Part shown: one piece after another, positions 13,084 to 25,797 of the stretch
Layout of the letters: every line of letters starts with the position of its first letter
Numbering within the stretch: the first letter of the stretch is position 1
NCBI RefSeq assembly: GCF_006345805.1
Contig: NC_042998.1
Location: forward strand, 108,066,001-108,130,000
DNA: 64,000 bases
Source of the DNA: Octopus sinensis
Taxonomy: Eukaryota
Direction: 5' to 3'
Program-made: the position numbers and the translations under genes
The notes under the pieces: generated by a model
The model's input: only the letters and a program-made list of their open reading frames with translations
Told to the model about the DNA's origin: nothing
Database searches by the model: none

Positions 13084-13196
13084 CTTTTCTTTAATGACAG
13101 ATTCATAATTGGCAGATAAAGTTTTAACCTTTTGTTCACTGTCATCCAATTCATTCTGCAGTGTGTTTAGTCTACCAGCCAGAGTCCGAACTTCAT
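13084..13196 (-). CDS. CCDC171: CCDC171-like exon, phase 1 to 0: (D)EVRTLAGRLNTLQNELDDSEQKVKTLSANYESVIKEK
   Basis: Acceptor tttgatgttgcag|, donor AAG|GTAATT, 113 nt, open and phase-compatible with the 19205 exon. Coiled-coil composition; the end resembles recalled human REYDLLMKEK. Not present in the ORF track. Confidence 0.8.
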
Positions 13197-14089
13197 CTGC
13201 AACATCAAATTATGTAAACTTCTATCACATGACATTAGAGAAATTGAATTTCAATAGGACAGGCAAACTATTTAAGAATAAAGTGCATATGAAAAAATTA
13301 TGAAATAGTTTTAATAGATATTGTTTCACAATGTTGTCTCTTGAGAATTATAGTGGAAGAATTCTTTAATTATTAATCATGCAGCTTTGTTTTTTCTTCA
13401 TTTTTTAATTTGGTTTGCAAGATTCTTGATGTGAACTGGAGTGTTCAAACAAATTTTGTTATATCTTGTGTACTAATAATAAACCCATGCAGTTCTTTTA
13501 TTATTATTTTCAACTAGTTAGCCATTTAATCAATTAAGTCATTGTTTAATTAATCAATCATTTAGGTTTGTCAGAGTCCTTTCATCAGTGAGGCTAATGT
13601 AGTTGGTGTTTAGCCTGAGCCACACACAGCCATCCACCTTTGTAAAATACATACTTACCCAGCTGAACATCTGTAGATCAAGGTCTACAGAAAAAAAAAA
13701 AAAAACTTTGGGAGGGAACAAAATGAATTTCGCTAAAGGTACCCAGAACCTAGTTAGCACTTCCTTCTAGCAGGACCCTAGAATTGTAGTCATAAGTGGA
13801 TTTTAAAGTGACATTCACTAGAAAATAGATATTCATTTTTGGAAAGCAATCATAGCAAATGTAATATAATAGATCTAGATCTTAATTTCTGCAAAAGGTG
13901 AAATATATCACAAAAGAGGGAATGTAAACAAAGGAAGTCGAAGAGGTTTTACAAGCAGAAAATTAAACAATTATTAGAAACTAAAAATGATCCATGAAAT
14001 TTTCTCTCCTCATCTCTTTCATACTCTCTTCATACTAGTGATTTCAATGTAGGGGGTGTTCAGCTGGAATCTCTATAGGGAATAATACA

Positions 14090-14520
14090 AGCAGGATGAG
14101 AAGCTATTCCAGTGCTATGTAGGTGAATGACTGGTGAAATATTACATGGTTTCACCTGTTGGAAAAAGAGAGGAGATGGTGAAGAGGGGGTGAAGGAAAT
14201 GAGGTAGAGTAGAGGTGATAAGAGGGAGAGAGATAGATGTGTTGGGTGGACCTAGGTAGAAATGGTACATAGCTTGCAAATTCAGAGGAACTGAAGTCAT
14301 AACAGCCATGGTGGAAGTGATAGCAAAGGGAAAAAAAAGCACACCTATGAACCAGTAGTTCTCATGAGTTAGGGAGTGAATCTTTGGCAATGTGTTGAAT
14401 AGCCTTCTTTTGGATGCTATCCAAGATATTTGAGTAGTAGCAGAATCCTGAATATGTGGGAAGTACTCAAATATGGGTCTTCAAATTTGTGTTGAGTCAG
14501 CAAACTGATCGAAGCTTAAG
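14090..14520 (-). mobile_element. Old CR1/L2-like LINE 3' relic; similar relics at ~17340-18440 and ~36790-37540
   Basis: Purine-rich plus strand. The 36.9-kb copy translates on minus to LYLFYYCYYNGLCSLELA, and the 17.4-kb copy to a FFPSTSVLLEIFPAHVF-like remnant, typical of CR1/L2 RT C-termini. Highly degenerate. Confidence 0.45.
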
Positions 14521-15634
14521 TATTTTCTGGTCCTTAAGGGTAAACCTAGCTTTTTGTATAAAATTTTAGCAAACTATTTAATGCAAAGTTGCTATGAGAG
14601 ATCAAAGATTGCAAGGCCTAGCCTTAGTAATGATTTGGGGATTTTAATCATGAGTTGTACTTGTTTAGGCAAGATGTTATTGTTTTAGACTGTTGTTTTA
14701 TATATGCAATAGTCAGGTAATGTATTATTGAAGGAAACTAAATTGCCATGTATATTTTCACATGTTTTATCAAGATATTGAATAATAATAGACACTTCAG
14801 TTAGTCTATGTTTGTTTACTTAGTTTATTATTTATAATAAACACATATGTGTTTACCTCAATACCTCATATAAGAGACACAAATAGTTGTTATTTATATG
14901 TATTTGACTGTAGACTAGATTTGATACCTACTGTTTTTAGCTACACAAGCTAGATTGGCATACCATATCAGCAGAAAGCAAACACAGCATGCTTTTAATA
15001 TCATAACTTTCCAGATGCTAATATCTCTTCTTGTCTCCTGTCATGCATGTTGTTCTTAATCCCCCTATCAATGAAATGCATATGCACATCCATGCATCCA
15101 ATCAAATGCCTATCTTTCTAACAGCTCACACAAATCCCATCCACTACCAACCCAAAACTCCACTTGTTTATTAATCTACCTATTCAGCCACTGAGTTTTC
15201 AAAGTGACTAAGACACATATCTGTCACGCATATTACACATTAGATTATTTGAGCTCAGCCACACTTTATAACAAAGCATTCATTGATTATAGTTTTTTTG
15301 AGGAATTCTCTTTATTATTGGTAAATAGAGACATTCAGGGACATACAGTGAAGTATAATATGGATGACTGGGTACAAACCTGTTGTACACCAGTCATCAG
15401 TCCTCCAATAACTCATTAACACAACGACATTCCCTTCTGACAACAAATAAAGTAACAATAATCAATTCATTATTAATGTATTATATCACATAATTAACAG
15501 CATAATTAACATCTTAGAAAAAAAAATCATTAAATAAACTAATGAAGTAAGATACATACACACACGTGTGGGTGTATGTGTGTATGTATATATAAATATA
15601 TTAATATATTAATATGTGTGTGTGTGTGTATATA

Positions 15635-15951
15635 TTATTCGTTTCAGTCATTAGACTGTGGTCATGCTGGGGCACCACCTTGAAGAATTTTTAGTTGAGT
15701 GAATTGCCCCCCCCCCCAGTACTTATTTTTTTTTTAAAGCCTGGTCTCTTTTGCTGAACCACTAAGTTATGAACATAAACACACCAACGCTGGTTGTCAA
15801 GCAGTGGAGGGGGAAATACATAGACACAAAGGCTCTGATCAGCCTGAGGCTATAGTAGAAGACACTGGCCCAAGCTGCCATGCAGTAAGACTGAACCTAG
15901 AATCATGTGGTTGAGGAGCAAGGTTCTTACCACACAGCCACACCTGCACCT
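15635..15951 (-). mobile_element. tRNA-derived SINE family A copy
   Basis: Reverse complement of the 41979-42362 element, with an internal deletion. Confidence 0.75.
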
Positions 15952-15964
15952 ATACATACATATA

Positions 15965-15990
15965 TTTACGATTGTATGTGTGTGTGTGTG

Positions 15991-16063
<73 letters not shown>

Positions 16064-16145
16064 ATATATATATGTATGTATATATACACACAAACACACA
16101 CATATATATAAATACATATGTATATACACATATGTGTATGTATGT
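15965..16145. repeat. (TG)n/(TA)n compound microsatellite
   Basis: Directly visible. Confidence 0.95.
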
Positions 16146-16659
16146 ACATAAATATGTACATATCGCAATATTGGTAAAAGTTTTGCCCGTCTGTTGCCCT
16201 CTCTTCCGATAAAGACGACTATAACGAGTAGGGTGACAAAGTTGGAACAATATCAATAGGAGTAACAATCGACATATTTTAGGTGAGTAGTAATTGCTTC
16301 TAACTCATATTACTTGTCTGAACAGCTAAATCACATTGCTTTCCCCAAAATAACACTAGAAGGAAGTCGGTATGGCTTTTATTACCATCAAACTGGATTT
16401 CAGTTGGTAAAAAAAATCAATATTATTGCAGATTGTATCATTTGGTTATTTTTATTGTTTTCTTTTTTTACATACATTTTATATATTGATATTTTAAAAA
16501 TTATTTATATATATATATATTTTTTTTTCTCAATTTTTTTTTATTTTTCTTTATGCCTTTTATACATCTACTTTAGCTGGCATGCTTCTTCCTAAATCAC
16601 TCATGTCATTTCGTGATTTCTCTTCCACACTTTCAAATCCCACACCACCACACACCTTT

Positions 16660-17020
16660 TACACTGTCATTTCTGCTGCTGCTACTACTACTACTACCAT
16701 TACCACTACTACTACTACTACAGCTTGTGCAACTACTCCCTTTCAGCTATTACTGATACCATCCCCATCACCACTACTGCCTCCACTACTACCAATACTA
16801 TCACCACCACTACCACAAGCACTACTGCTGGTACAGCTTCTTCCTTTCAACTAATGCTGATTCTATTCCAATCGTTACAACAACAACAACAACTGACAAC
16901 TGCTACTAATACCACCACCACCACCACCACCACCACCACCACTTGCATTACTCTACCACTTCTACTGCTGCTACCACAACTACTACTGCTAATGTTGCTG
17001 CAGCAGCAACTAGTGTTTGC
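16660..17020. repeat. Degenerate ACT/ACC/CAA trinucleotide low-complexity tract; similar tracts at ~11700-11960 and ~19510-19750
   Basis: Directly visible. Confidence 0.85.
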
Positions 17021-17579
17021 TGCATTCATTAAATTTATCTGCTATTTATGTTTCAAATATGGAATGTAGAAAAAAGTATATAATACATACATACATATAT
17101 TACATATATAAAAAGGCAATATATACATTTATATATATATATGTGTGTGTGTGTGTATGTGTGGCCTTTGTTGTAGATGTTAAGGTTGTAGTTATAGAGG
17201 ATGTTGGTAGTATGTGGTAGAGATATAGTGACAAATGCATGAGCGCGCACACACACACATACACAAATATACATTTGTGTGTGTGTGTGTTGGATGAAAG
17301 AGTTATACTCATGACCTTCACAGTTCCTCTGAGACTGATAAGATCAATACAGTTTATATCCACCTTGAACATCTGTATGTAGACATCTGGAAGAGTAAAA
17401 AACGTGGGCGGGAAAGATTTCCAAAAGGACTGATGTTGAAGGGAAGAAAAATTGGTTAGTTATGGGCTTGGTAGATGAGGGCACCGTAAGGTTGATATGA
17501 CAAGATAGAAGTGTTTTGGATGGACCTAGGTGAAAATCAGGTGTAACCAGTTTGAAACAGAGTTCATTATAGCAGTGAC

Positions 17580-17581
<2 letters not shown>

Positions 17582-17663
<82 letters not shown>
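17582..17663. repeat. (GA)n microsatellite
   Basis: Uninterrupted GA run. Confidence 0.97.
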
Positions 17664-17666
<3 letters not shown>

Positions 17667-19204
17667 TAAACAGAGTATCTATGGGTTTGGGTTAGAGGTT
17701 GAGGTCCATTGGTGAGTGAATCTTTGCCTATCAATTAAATGATCTTTTGGATGTGGTTGTAAGATGTCCATGCATGAAACAGCAGCACTGCTACAAATGT
17801 GTGAACAGTATTCAAAAGTGAATTTTTCCTGAGCTTTGTAAATAGCCAGCAGTTTATCAGAACTGATGTATGTTATGGTACTAAAGAAGAAGACTAACTG
17901 TTGTATAAAGTTTTAGCTATGATATGAATGTAAGGGAAACCAGGAGAGACTCTCAGAGATTGAGGTTTAACATTTGTAGTGATTTGGAAGATATTTTCGA
18001 GTCACTGTAGAGCATGAAGTAGAAGTTAGTTCCTGGATTAGTGATTGTGTTTTAGCACTTTTTATTAGAGACAAGATTGTTATGTCCCCATTAGAGGATA
18101 TTTTGGGGATCTCTGTTCATGGAAGCAATGTAGATTTGACTTGATGTATCAAGGTGTTGAGCAAGTGAGTATTGTAAGAGATGACAATAAGCAGTTTGAG
18201 AAAGAGGGTGGGGTATACTGTCAAGGTTTGTAGTACACCAGAGATGACAATGTGGATCAGTGAGAACTCTGTCAACACACACTATTATAGCATGATCTGA
18301 CAGGAGGCTTCTAAGTCAAGAGATGAAAGCCAAATCAAAGCATAGGTGGATAGCTCAGTTGTGTAAGTTTGAAGTGATTGTAGGTGTTTAAACATTTGGC
18401 ATTTACATAACAGAGAGATTAGTGAAAGGAAGGAAAAATTTTGCTGAGTGTATGCAATCATAATTTAATGCTTGTTTTTTCATACTGGCACACAATAAAT
18501 GGTTTGACAGAAGCTGGCAATCAAGAGAGCTGCACCAAACTGGATGCCCTTCCTAACACCAACTACGTTACAGAGTATACTGGGTATGATTTATATAGCA
18601 CCAGCACTAGTGAGTTCTCCAAGAAACTTGCAAGACAAGAGCCCATAACTGAAGGATGGGGGTATGGTGGTGCTTGCTGAAGGTGACTATGTGCCAGGTG
18701 ATGAGAAGTTAATTTATGATAGATAGAGGAACAGGAGTCTTGCTGCAGAGGAGATACATGGCTACTGCAATTGGAAAAGAGAGAAGATGGTGGTGAAATG
18801 ACAGTGATGACAGCAGCAAGAATATTTGTTGGTAAATTGGCTTTTCTCATACCAATTGTTTATGAAATATAACTTGTGCCACTAGTGTCTAGTTGATTTA
18901 AGTGATAAAATTATTTGGCCCAAAGTAGATGAAGTAGTGCTCATTGCCATTGCAGTCTCCCAGATTAGTGAAGGTCAATATGGTTCCATTTTTAGCATGG
19001 ACTCTAGGAAGTAGGTGCTTGACACAAGGTAACAAGTGAGCAGGGACAATTTATAAGGTTAAATTGACTTTGGTTCAATGAGAGACTTAAACCAAAACCT
19101 GAGCTAGGATGAAACAAAATTATATTATTGAATAAAGCAAAATATAAACAAAAACACAAATAATTAATATCTAGTTGCCAGACAGATATAAGAACCCAAG
19201 TTAC

Positions 19205-19379
19205 CTTTAAGTTTTGAGTTTTCTGTTTCAAGTTTGGTATTCAATTTAGCAGCGTGGTCTGATGCCAGCTTTTGGTCTTGTATCACCTTCAGTAATTCAT
19301 ACTCAAGATTCTGGCGTTCTGCTTCACTTTTCTCAAGTTCAGACTGCAATTTGGCAATTTCACTTGCTTTTGTAGTCAA
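19205..19379 (-). CDS. CCDC171: CCDC171-like exon, phase 0 to 1: LTTKASEIAKLQSELEKSEAERQNLEYELLKVIQDQKLASDHAAKLNTKLETENSKLK
   Basis: Acceptor cactttcag|, donor G|GTAACT, 175 nt, heptad-rich. SEIAKLQSELEKSEAERQNLEYEL aligns with recalled human CCDC171 [24 protein letters not shown]. Confidence 0.88.
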
Positions 19380-20244
19380 CTGAAAGTGAAAGTGGAAAGT
19401 TAGAACGAAATAAAGAGGAGGAGGAAGGTAAACAAAGAAGTGAATGATGAAGATGGAATTGCATGATGGTGTTATACACAATTTCTTTTATTTAAACTAC
19501 ACTAGGATAGTAATACACTTTTTATGATGATGGTAATGACAGTAGTGATAGTGATAATGATGATGTTGAGGATAGCGTTGATAGTGAAGGTGGTGGAAAT
19601 GGTGGTGTTGATGGAAGTAATGGTGGCATTGAAGGTGGTGGTGGGTGGAATAGTAGTGGTGGTGATAATGAAAGTAAAAGTGCTGTAAAAAATGACAATA
19701 GAAGTAACGCAATGATGACAGTAACAACAACAATAGCACTGATGATGAAACAAAGATGGGCACCTCTATATCTATAACCTGCTAGAAATAGTAGCCAAAC
19801 TAGTCTCAAACTACTGCCTACTTACTATCTTAACGAAAAAAGATTGAAGAACACATTATAGAATATAGTCTGAGACACAATATATTTTGGAAAAAACAGG
19901 TTAATGTTTGTGCCTGGTATATTTTTGATGCAGTGATTTGGTCTTCTGAATCAGAACTGACCTGGAGCTAAACAACAACAGGGATGATGAGGATAATGAT
20001 TATGACAATATAATCAAGATACTACCCACTGTAATAAGTAGTAAGGAGTTGAGTTCACTAATAGCACAAATACAAACATGAACACCATAACATGATAGTT
20101 TCAGAGCAATACAACAATATAACATTACAAGATTATAGCCTAGCATCATAACATGATAATATTACAGCACAATATTACAATATTATAACATGAAAAAATC
20201 ACAAGACCACAATATCAATAAGATTATATATTTTCAGATGGGCA

Positions 20245-20996
20245 TGGTTTAGCGATGTATGGTTGAGAAGTTTGCTCCTATTCCACATGGTTTTAGGTTC
20301 AGTCCCACTGCATTGGGCCAGTATATTCAATAGTCCCAGGTGACCAGAGCTTTGTAAGTAGATTTGGTAGATAGAAACTGCATGTATATATATATATGTG
20401 TGTGTGTGTGTGTATGTATGTGTGTGCAAGAGAGGCATCTGCATTGGTATGGTCATGTGTTACGTAAGAATGAAGACAGCTGTGTGAGGAAGTGCCACTT
20501 CCTAACTGTAGAAGGAAACTGTAGAAGAGGTAGACCCAGGAAGACATTGGATGAGGTAGTGAAGCATGACCTTTGAACATTGGGCCTCATAGATGCAATG
20601 ACAGGAGACTGGGACCTTTAGAGACATGCAGTAATTGAGAAGACTCAGCAACTAAATTGAGATCATAGCCACACATGCCTGGCTCTGTTAAGCATACTCC
20701 TGATGTGTTGGATGATATGATATGCTTGAGAAGACCTGCTGAGTCCCATGTTGGTGGCATGTAAAAAGCACCATCTGAACGTGGTCAATGCCAAGTTCAC
20801 CTGACTGGCTCCCATGCCAGTGGCATGTAAAAAGCACCCGCTACACTCTCAGAGTGGTTGGCATTGGGAAGGGCATCTGGCTGTAGAAACATTGCCAGAA
20901 CAGATTGGAGCCTGGTGCAGCTGCTGGTTCTGCAGACCACAGTCAAACTGCCCAACCCATGCCAGTATGGAAAACGGACATTAAACAATGATGATG

Positions 20997-20999
<3 letters not shown>
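20245..20999 (+). mobile_element. SINE A 5' half (~20245-20425) followed by an RTE 3' end (~20429-20999)
   Basis: The SINE head ggttcagtcccactg is followed by ERHLHWYGHVLRKNEDSCVRKC..EGNCRRGRPRKTLDEVVKHDL and the RTE 3' UTR with a GAT tail. Confidence 0.8.
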
Positions 21000-21041
<42 letters not shown>

Positions 21042-23743
21042 AGAGATGCCTAATACAGAAAACATGTAGTAGCACTCAAATGATTTGAACTTACACTCCA
21101 AAGACATTATCGAGGACTAAGTCAGTGAGGTAAAGAGTGGCTGTAAGAGGAATCCAGGTGAACTGATATGGAGATAGTGATGCAAATAAACACACTTGGG
21201 CTTGAAACATAAAATATACATACATGCATGCATACATACATACATATAAATATATATAGGGATATATACGTAGAGAGAAGCAAAAACTGAAAATATTCTT
21301 CAGATGAACACTCATGCATAATCATATAAATATTCATATACTTACAGAACAAATTTGTTTGGAGTACAAAAAACACAGAAAACTAAGGGGAGAGGGCATG
21401 GCATTTCAGGTCTGATAGCTGTTTCTGGAGGCTCAAAATTATAATATTGGCAGATGGAATGTGCAAAAAGTGAAAGATATGCAACCAATAGTAGATGCAT
21501 ATAAATATTACTATAAAGCCAGACTGCATCTTCAGGATGGAAAGATTGGCAACTAGTAATTACTATTGATCCCAGTATTTGTCTGGTACTTTCGATAAAA
21601 TATCGGAGATGATCAACCACACATTCAATTCTATACCACATATTTCTAATCTACAAATCAACCATAACAAGGTATTTTCAATCTCTGATATATATCATTC
21701 TGCTGTGAACCATTTCTCTTCTATTGTTACTTTACAGATTATAGTCAAGTCTGTTACTCACTGGACTCATTCTGAGATTCTTCACAGTCGTTATTTCTCC
21801 TCTTTAAACATTATACCAAGCCTTACAAACTGTCCTTCATTTTGAGGATTCCAATAATGTAGAATCATCTTTTCACTCTAATTCTTCAAGTTCCATGTTA
21901 AATGTTAAAATCAGTATTATGACACCATCTTACTAATAGCTAAATAAGCTAGGTTAGATCTTTCTTATTCGAACTAAACAACAACAACAATGACAATATA
22001 CCATTAATTTACAGATGTCTGCTTGCATAATTAACTCTGTAAAATTAATTAACTAACAATTCTTTATCAGAAGAGAAACATTTTAAATAAATAAAACAAA
22101 ACTAAAATAAAAATTTAAATTACAATAAATTTAAGAAACAGAAAATATAAAAAAAAAAACCTGGAAATCATGCACACTAACACAAAATTGTAAGAACCCC
22201 AATATAATCACACACATGCACATGTATGTGTTTATTGTAAAATATATATATATATACACACACACACATATACATACATGTACACACACATATATACAAG
22301 GATATCTACACATACACACATTATCTTTTCTCTCATTTCTTCCATGTTATCTCATTCTTACCTATCCAATCTCCCTCCATCCATTCCCAGCTTGCCACTT
22401 CATGTTTCTAGTGTATCCCCATACTGCTCTTACCTTTCTGCTCACCAAGTGAGTGAATATATTCTTTTTACTCTTCATAATTTGCCTAAGGACATTTAAT
22501 CATGTTTTTCCTTCCATGTCATACTTGTTGCACTTTTGCATTGTGTTTTGCCAGTTGTAGTTTCATTGCAATTGAATAATGCTTTATTTTATTGAAAAAC
22601 TTGTTTTATCTAATTTCATCAAATTCCATTTTCCTTTTTATTCTAGCTACTAGTCTTAACCATAATTTCTTTCCCTGTCCTTGCTTTTTCTGTTCCAGTC
22701 ACCAAGACTTCAATAAGTTTTTGGCTTGTCTCTATTGTATCAATAACCTTACAGCTATACTGAATAGATTGTTGATGCTACTAAGACAGCAGTTCTAGCT
22801 CAAGGTATTGAAATAGCTAGAATATTTGGTGAGATAGCTAATGAGGACTAAATTTTGATTTGCTGTGTAATTTATATAATTTTGTTGTTTGTACCCATTA
22901 CTTGATACACAAACATTCACTAAGGAAAATATATCATTGCTTGGAAAATAAACAATGCAGTTGATGATCAATTTCTTGAATGAAAACCATGATAATTCTG
23001 CATAAATTTATCATTTCAATCATCACCATCATCATTTAATTCCATTTTCCATGCAGGCATGGGTTGCTTGGTTTGACACAATGTATATATTATTTTTAAC
23101 AAACATACCTATTTCAGTCACAGCAACACAATTCTGTTGGTATATATATATACATATTAGCAATGTGTATATCTTACTTGAAGCATATCTACTGTTGAAA
23201 GCCTTCTAAACTGTGGTATTTTTCTTGAGAAAGCATCACTTACAAGCAAAGATCATCCAGCAGGGGCATTGAGATTGTTAAATCCAGATTTCTGCTTCTT
23301 TGAGCTTCATCAGTAGCAAGTATTCACTGACACAATGTGCTAAGTGAAAATTGGCTACGAGCTGATTGAATTCAATTCAATATTGCTTGATAGCTTGCTT
23401 GAGCCAAATTAAATGATAAGCAGGGAGATGCATTAGATGAGGTGTGGAGACATGATGTGGAGACACATGCTAATTTCACTACATTGAAACCTCTAATGAA
23501 ATAAACAATTATCATTGCTTCGACTCTATAGTAATAATCATTTTAATAATGCTCTAATAAATAAACTCATATAGACACAGGCATGGTTGTGTGGTCAGAA
23601 GTGTGGGCTTAGTCCCACTGTGTGGCACCTTGGGAAATTGTTTTCTATGACAGCCCCAGGTTGAGTATATTCTTGTGAGTGGATTTGATGGACAGAAATG
23701 AAAAGAAGCCCGTTGTATACACACCCACACACACATATATATA

Positions 23744-24649
23744 TGAGGTGGTATCAAAATGTTCTCAGACTAGTTCTGTAGTGTGCCAACAGATGGCAAC
23801 ACATGGTTGCATGTACAGTGAGAGCTAGCAGTGACCTTCACGAGACAGTGTGCCAAGTGACATAAGTGACATTGCTGTGTTTACTTCGCAAGTTATGAAA
23901 TTTATGCTTTTGTGATCATGTGCATGTTGTAGTCTGTGATTTTGTCATGAACAGGAACAAAGAGCCAATGTGAAACTTTGTGTTAAATTTCGAAAGTCTG
24001 CTACAGAGACATTGAGCATACTTCGGTAAGCTTACAGTGGCAAAGTTGTACGCAATGTTGTGAGAGACACTTAAAAAGTATAAAAATGTCCTTGGAAAAC
24101 AATGAGTATCTGGAAGACCTGCCACAAGTGTCACTCCTGGAAATGTGGTATTGTGCATCGAGAATTCCACCCCTAGGACAAGACCGTCAATCAAGAGTTC
24201 TACTGTGATGTTTTGAAGTGTTTGAGGGAGGACATTTGATGAAAGCAACTGGATCTGTGGAGCGTGAAGTATTAGATTTTTCATGACAACAATGCACCTT
24301 GTCACTGGTTTCTCCTCATTTGTGAATTTCTCACCAAAACAACATGGAATCGCTTCTGCACCTGCCCTATTTGCTAGATTTAGCACCAGATCTTCCCCAA
24401 GATACAAAAATGCAGCTCAAAGGCTGCTGTTATAACACTGTAGTCAAGATCCAGAGTTAATTGCAGAAGGTCCTTGACTCGCTTAGGGAAAACAACTTTC
24501 AGGCTGGATTCCAGAAGTGACAAGAATGCTGGGACTAGTGTATTGCTGCATAAGGTGACTATTTCGAAGGATATGATGTTAAAACTTAAGGAAATAAGTT
24601 ATTTTTTTATTAAACATAACTAGTCCTGCAACTTCTTGATACCACCTTG
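23744..24649 (+). mobile_element. Internally deleted mariner element with TA flanks
   Basis: ~32-bp TIRs (tgaggtggtatcaaaatgttctcagactagtt / aactagtcctgcaacttcttgataccaccttg) with TA on both sides. Transposase relics include EQRANVKLCVK, GIVHREF, VNQEFYCDVLKCLRE, FHDNNAPCH, PYLLDLAP and GDYFEG. Confidence 0.88.
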
Positions 24650-25737
24650 TATGTGAGCATGTTTTTGTATTTGTATTTGCCACCCTCACTGCTTGACAAC
24701 AAGTGTTGGTTTGTTTATGTCCCCATAACTTAGCATTTTGGTAAAAAGAGACCAATAAAATAAGTACCAGGCTTAAAAAAAAGTAGTTTTGACAACTACA
24801 CTCTCAGAATGGTTGGCATTACGAAGGGCATCCAGCTGTAGAAACATTGCCAGATCAGATTGGGGCCTGGTGCAGCCGCTGGCTCTCCAGATCTCAGTCA
24901 AATCGGTCAACCCATGCTAGCATGGAAAACAGTGGTTAAATGATGATGATGATGATGAAAAAAAGACATCAGTATTTCTTCATTTGCAAGGCCTCTTGAA
25001 AGTGAAAGTGAAAACTAGGTGGTTTAAAGATCAGTAAGTGGAAGTCAAAATGACACTATTAAAAAATGACAGACAGCAGGTTAGATACTATGGAAGTGTC
25101 TGGTATGAGGTTGTCATTACTGAAGTGAGATCCACCAAATATTTTAATTAAATTCCTATGTTAGCAAAGAATAGCTATTAACCTCTCAGGTGTACTGAAA
25201 GTTAACAGACGAGACAATGATAAGCAACAAATACATGAGATGCAGATACTGTTCTGCAAAGTGATGGTGTCCTTCATTACATTTGACTTAGTCCTGGTTG
25301 TTATGAGAATGTAAAGCTTAGTGAAGACTTGCATCCTACAGATTGATACCTGTGGAGATTTATCAATAGCGTTTGTTGTAAGAAACTGTCATTGCAAACA
25401 CATTTTTTCCAAAGAAATTCTATCTCTTGCAAGTAATTGAGCTCCTGCATTATTGGGTGTATGACATGACGTGCATTAAAGTAATAGCTCATAAAACACT
25501 TCCATTTTTTCTGACAAAGGAAAAACACTTATTTTTTGACCTGGAAAACACATACATTTGGCAACATAAATACTTTCACTTTCATGTATCACTGGAAACG
25601 AAGAAGCACTAACTTTCCATATTTAAAAGGATGTTATTATAAATAGTAGAGAGAAATTCAATTATTTCATTTGAAAGTTTTCTGAAGAGAAGAAATAAGA
25701 GAAATAATAAAATCTAATGCTGTGTGTACACACGCCT

Positions 25738-25797
<60 letters not shown>

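Noticed and set aside
13651-13668. ATACTTACC resembling the 5' end of U1 snRNA
   Set aside because: The following sequence does not match U1. It is simply the complement of a strong splice donor.
21435-21530. NIGRWNVQ as an RTE endonuclease start
   Set aside because: A single short motif with no downstream APE motifs.
25301-25528. Minus ORF (IMQELNYLQEIEFLWKK) as an extra exon
   Set aside because: Splice sites are weak, there is no recognisable homology, and the flanking exons already join in phase and match the recalled orthologue without it.
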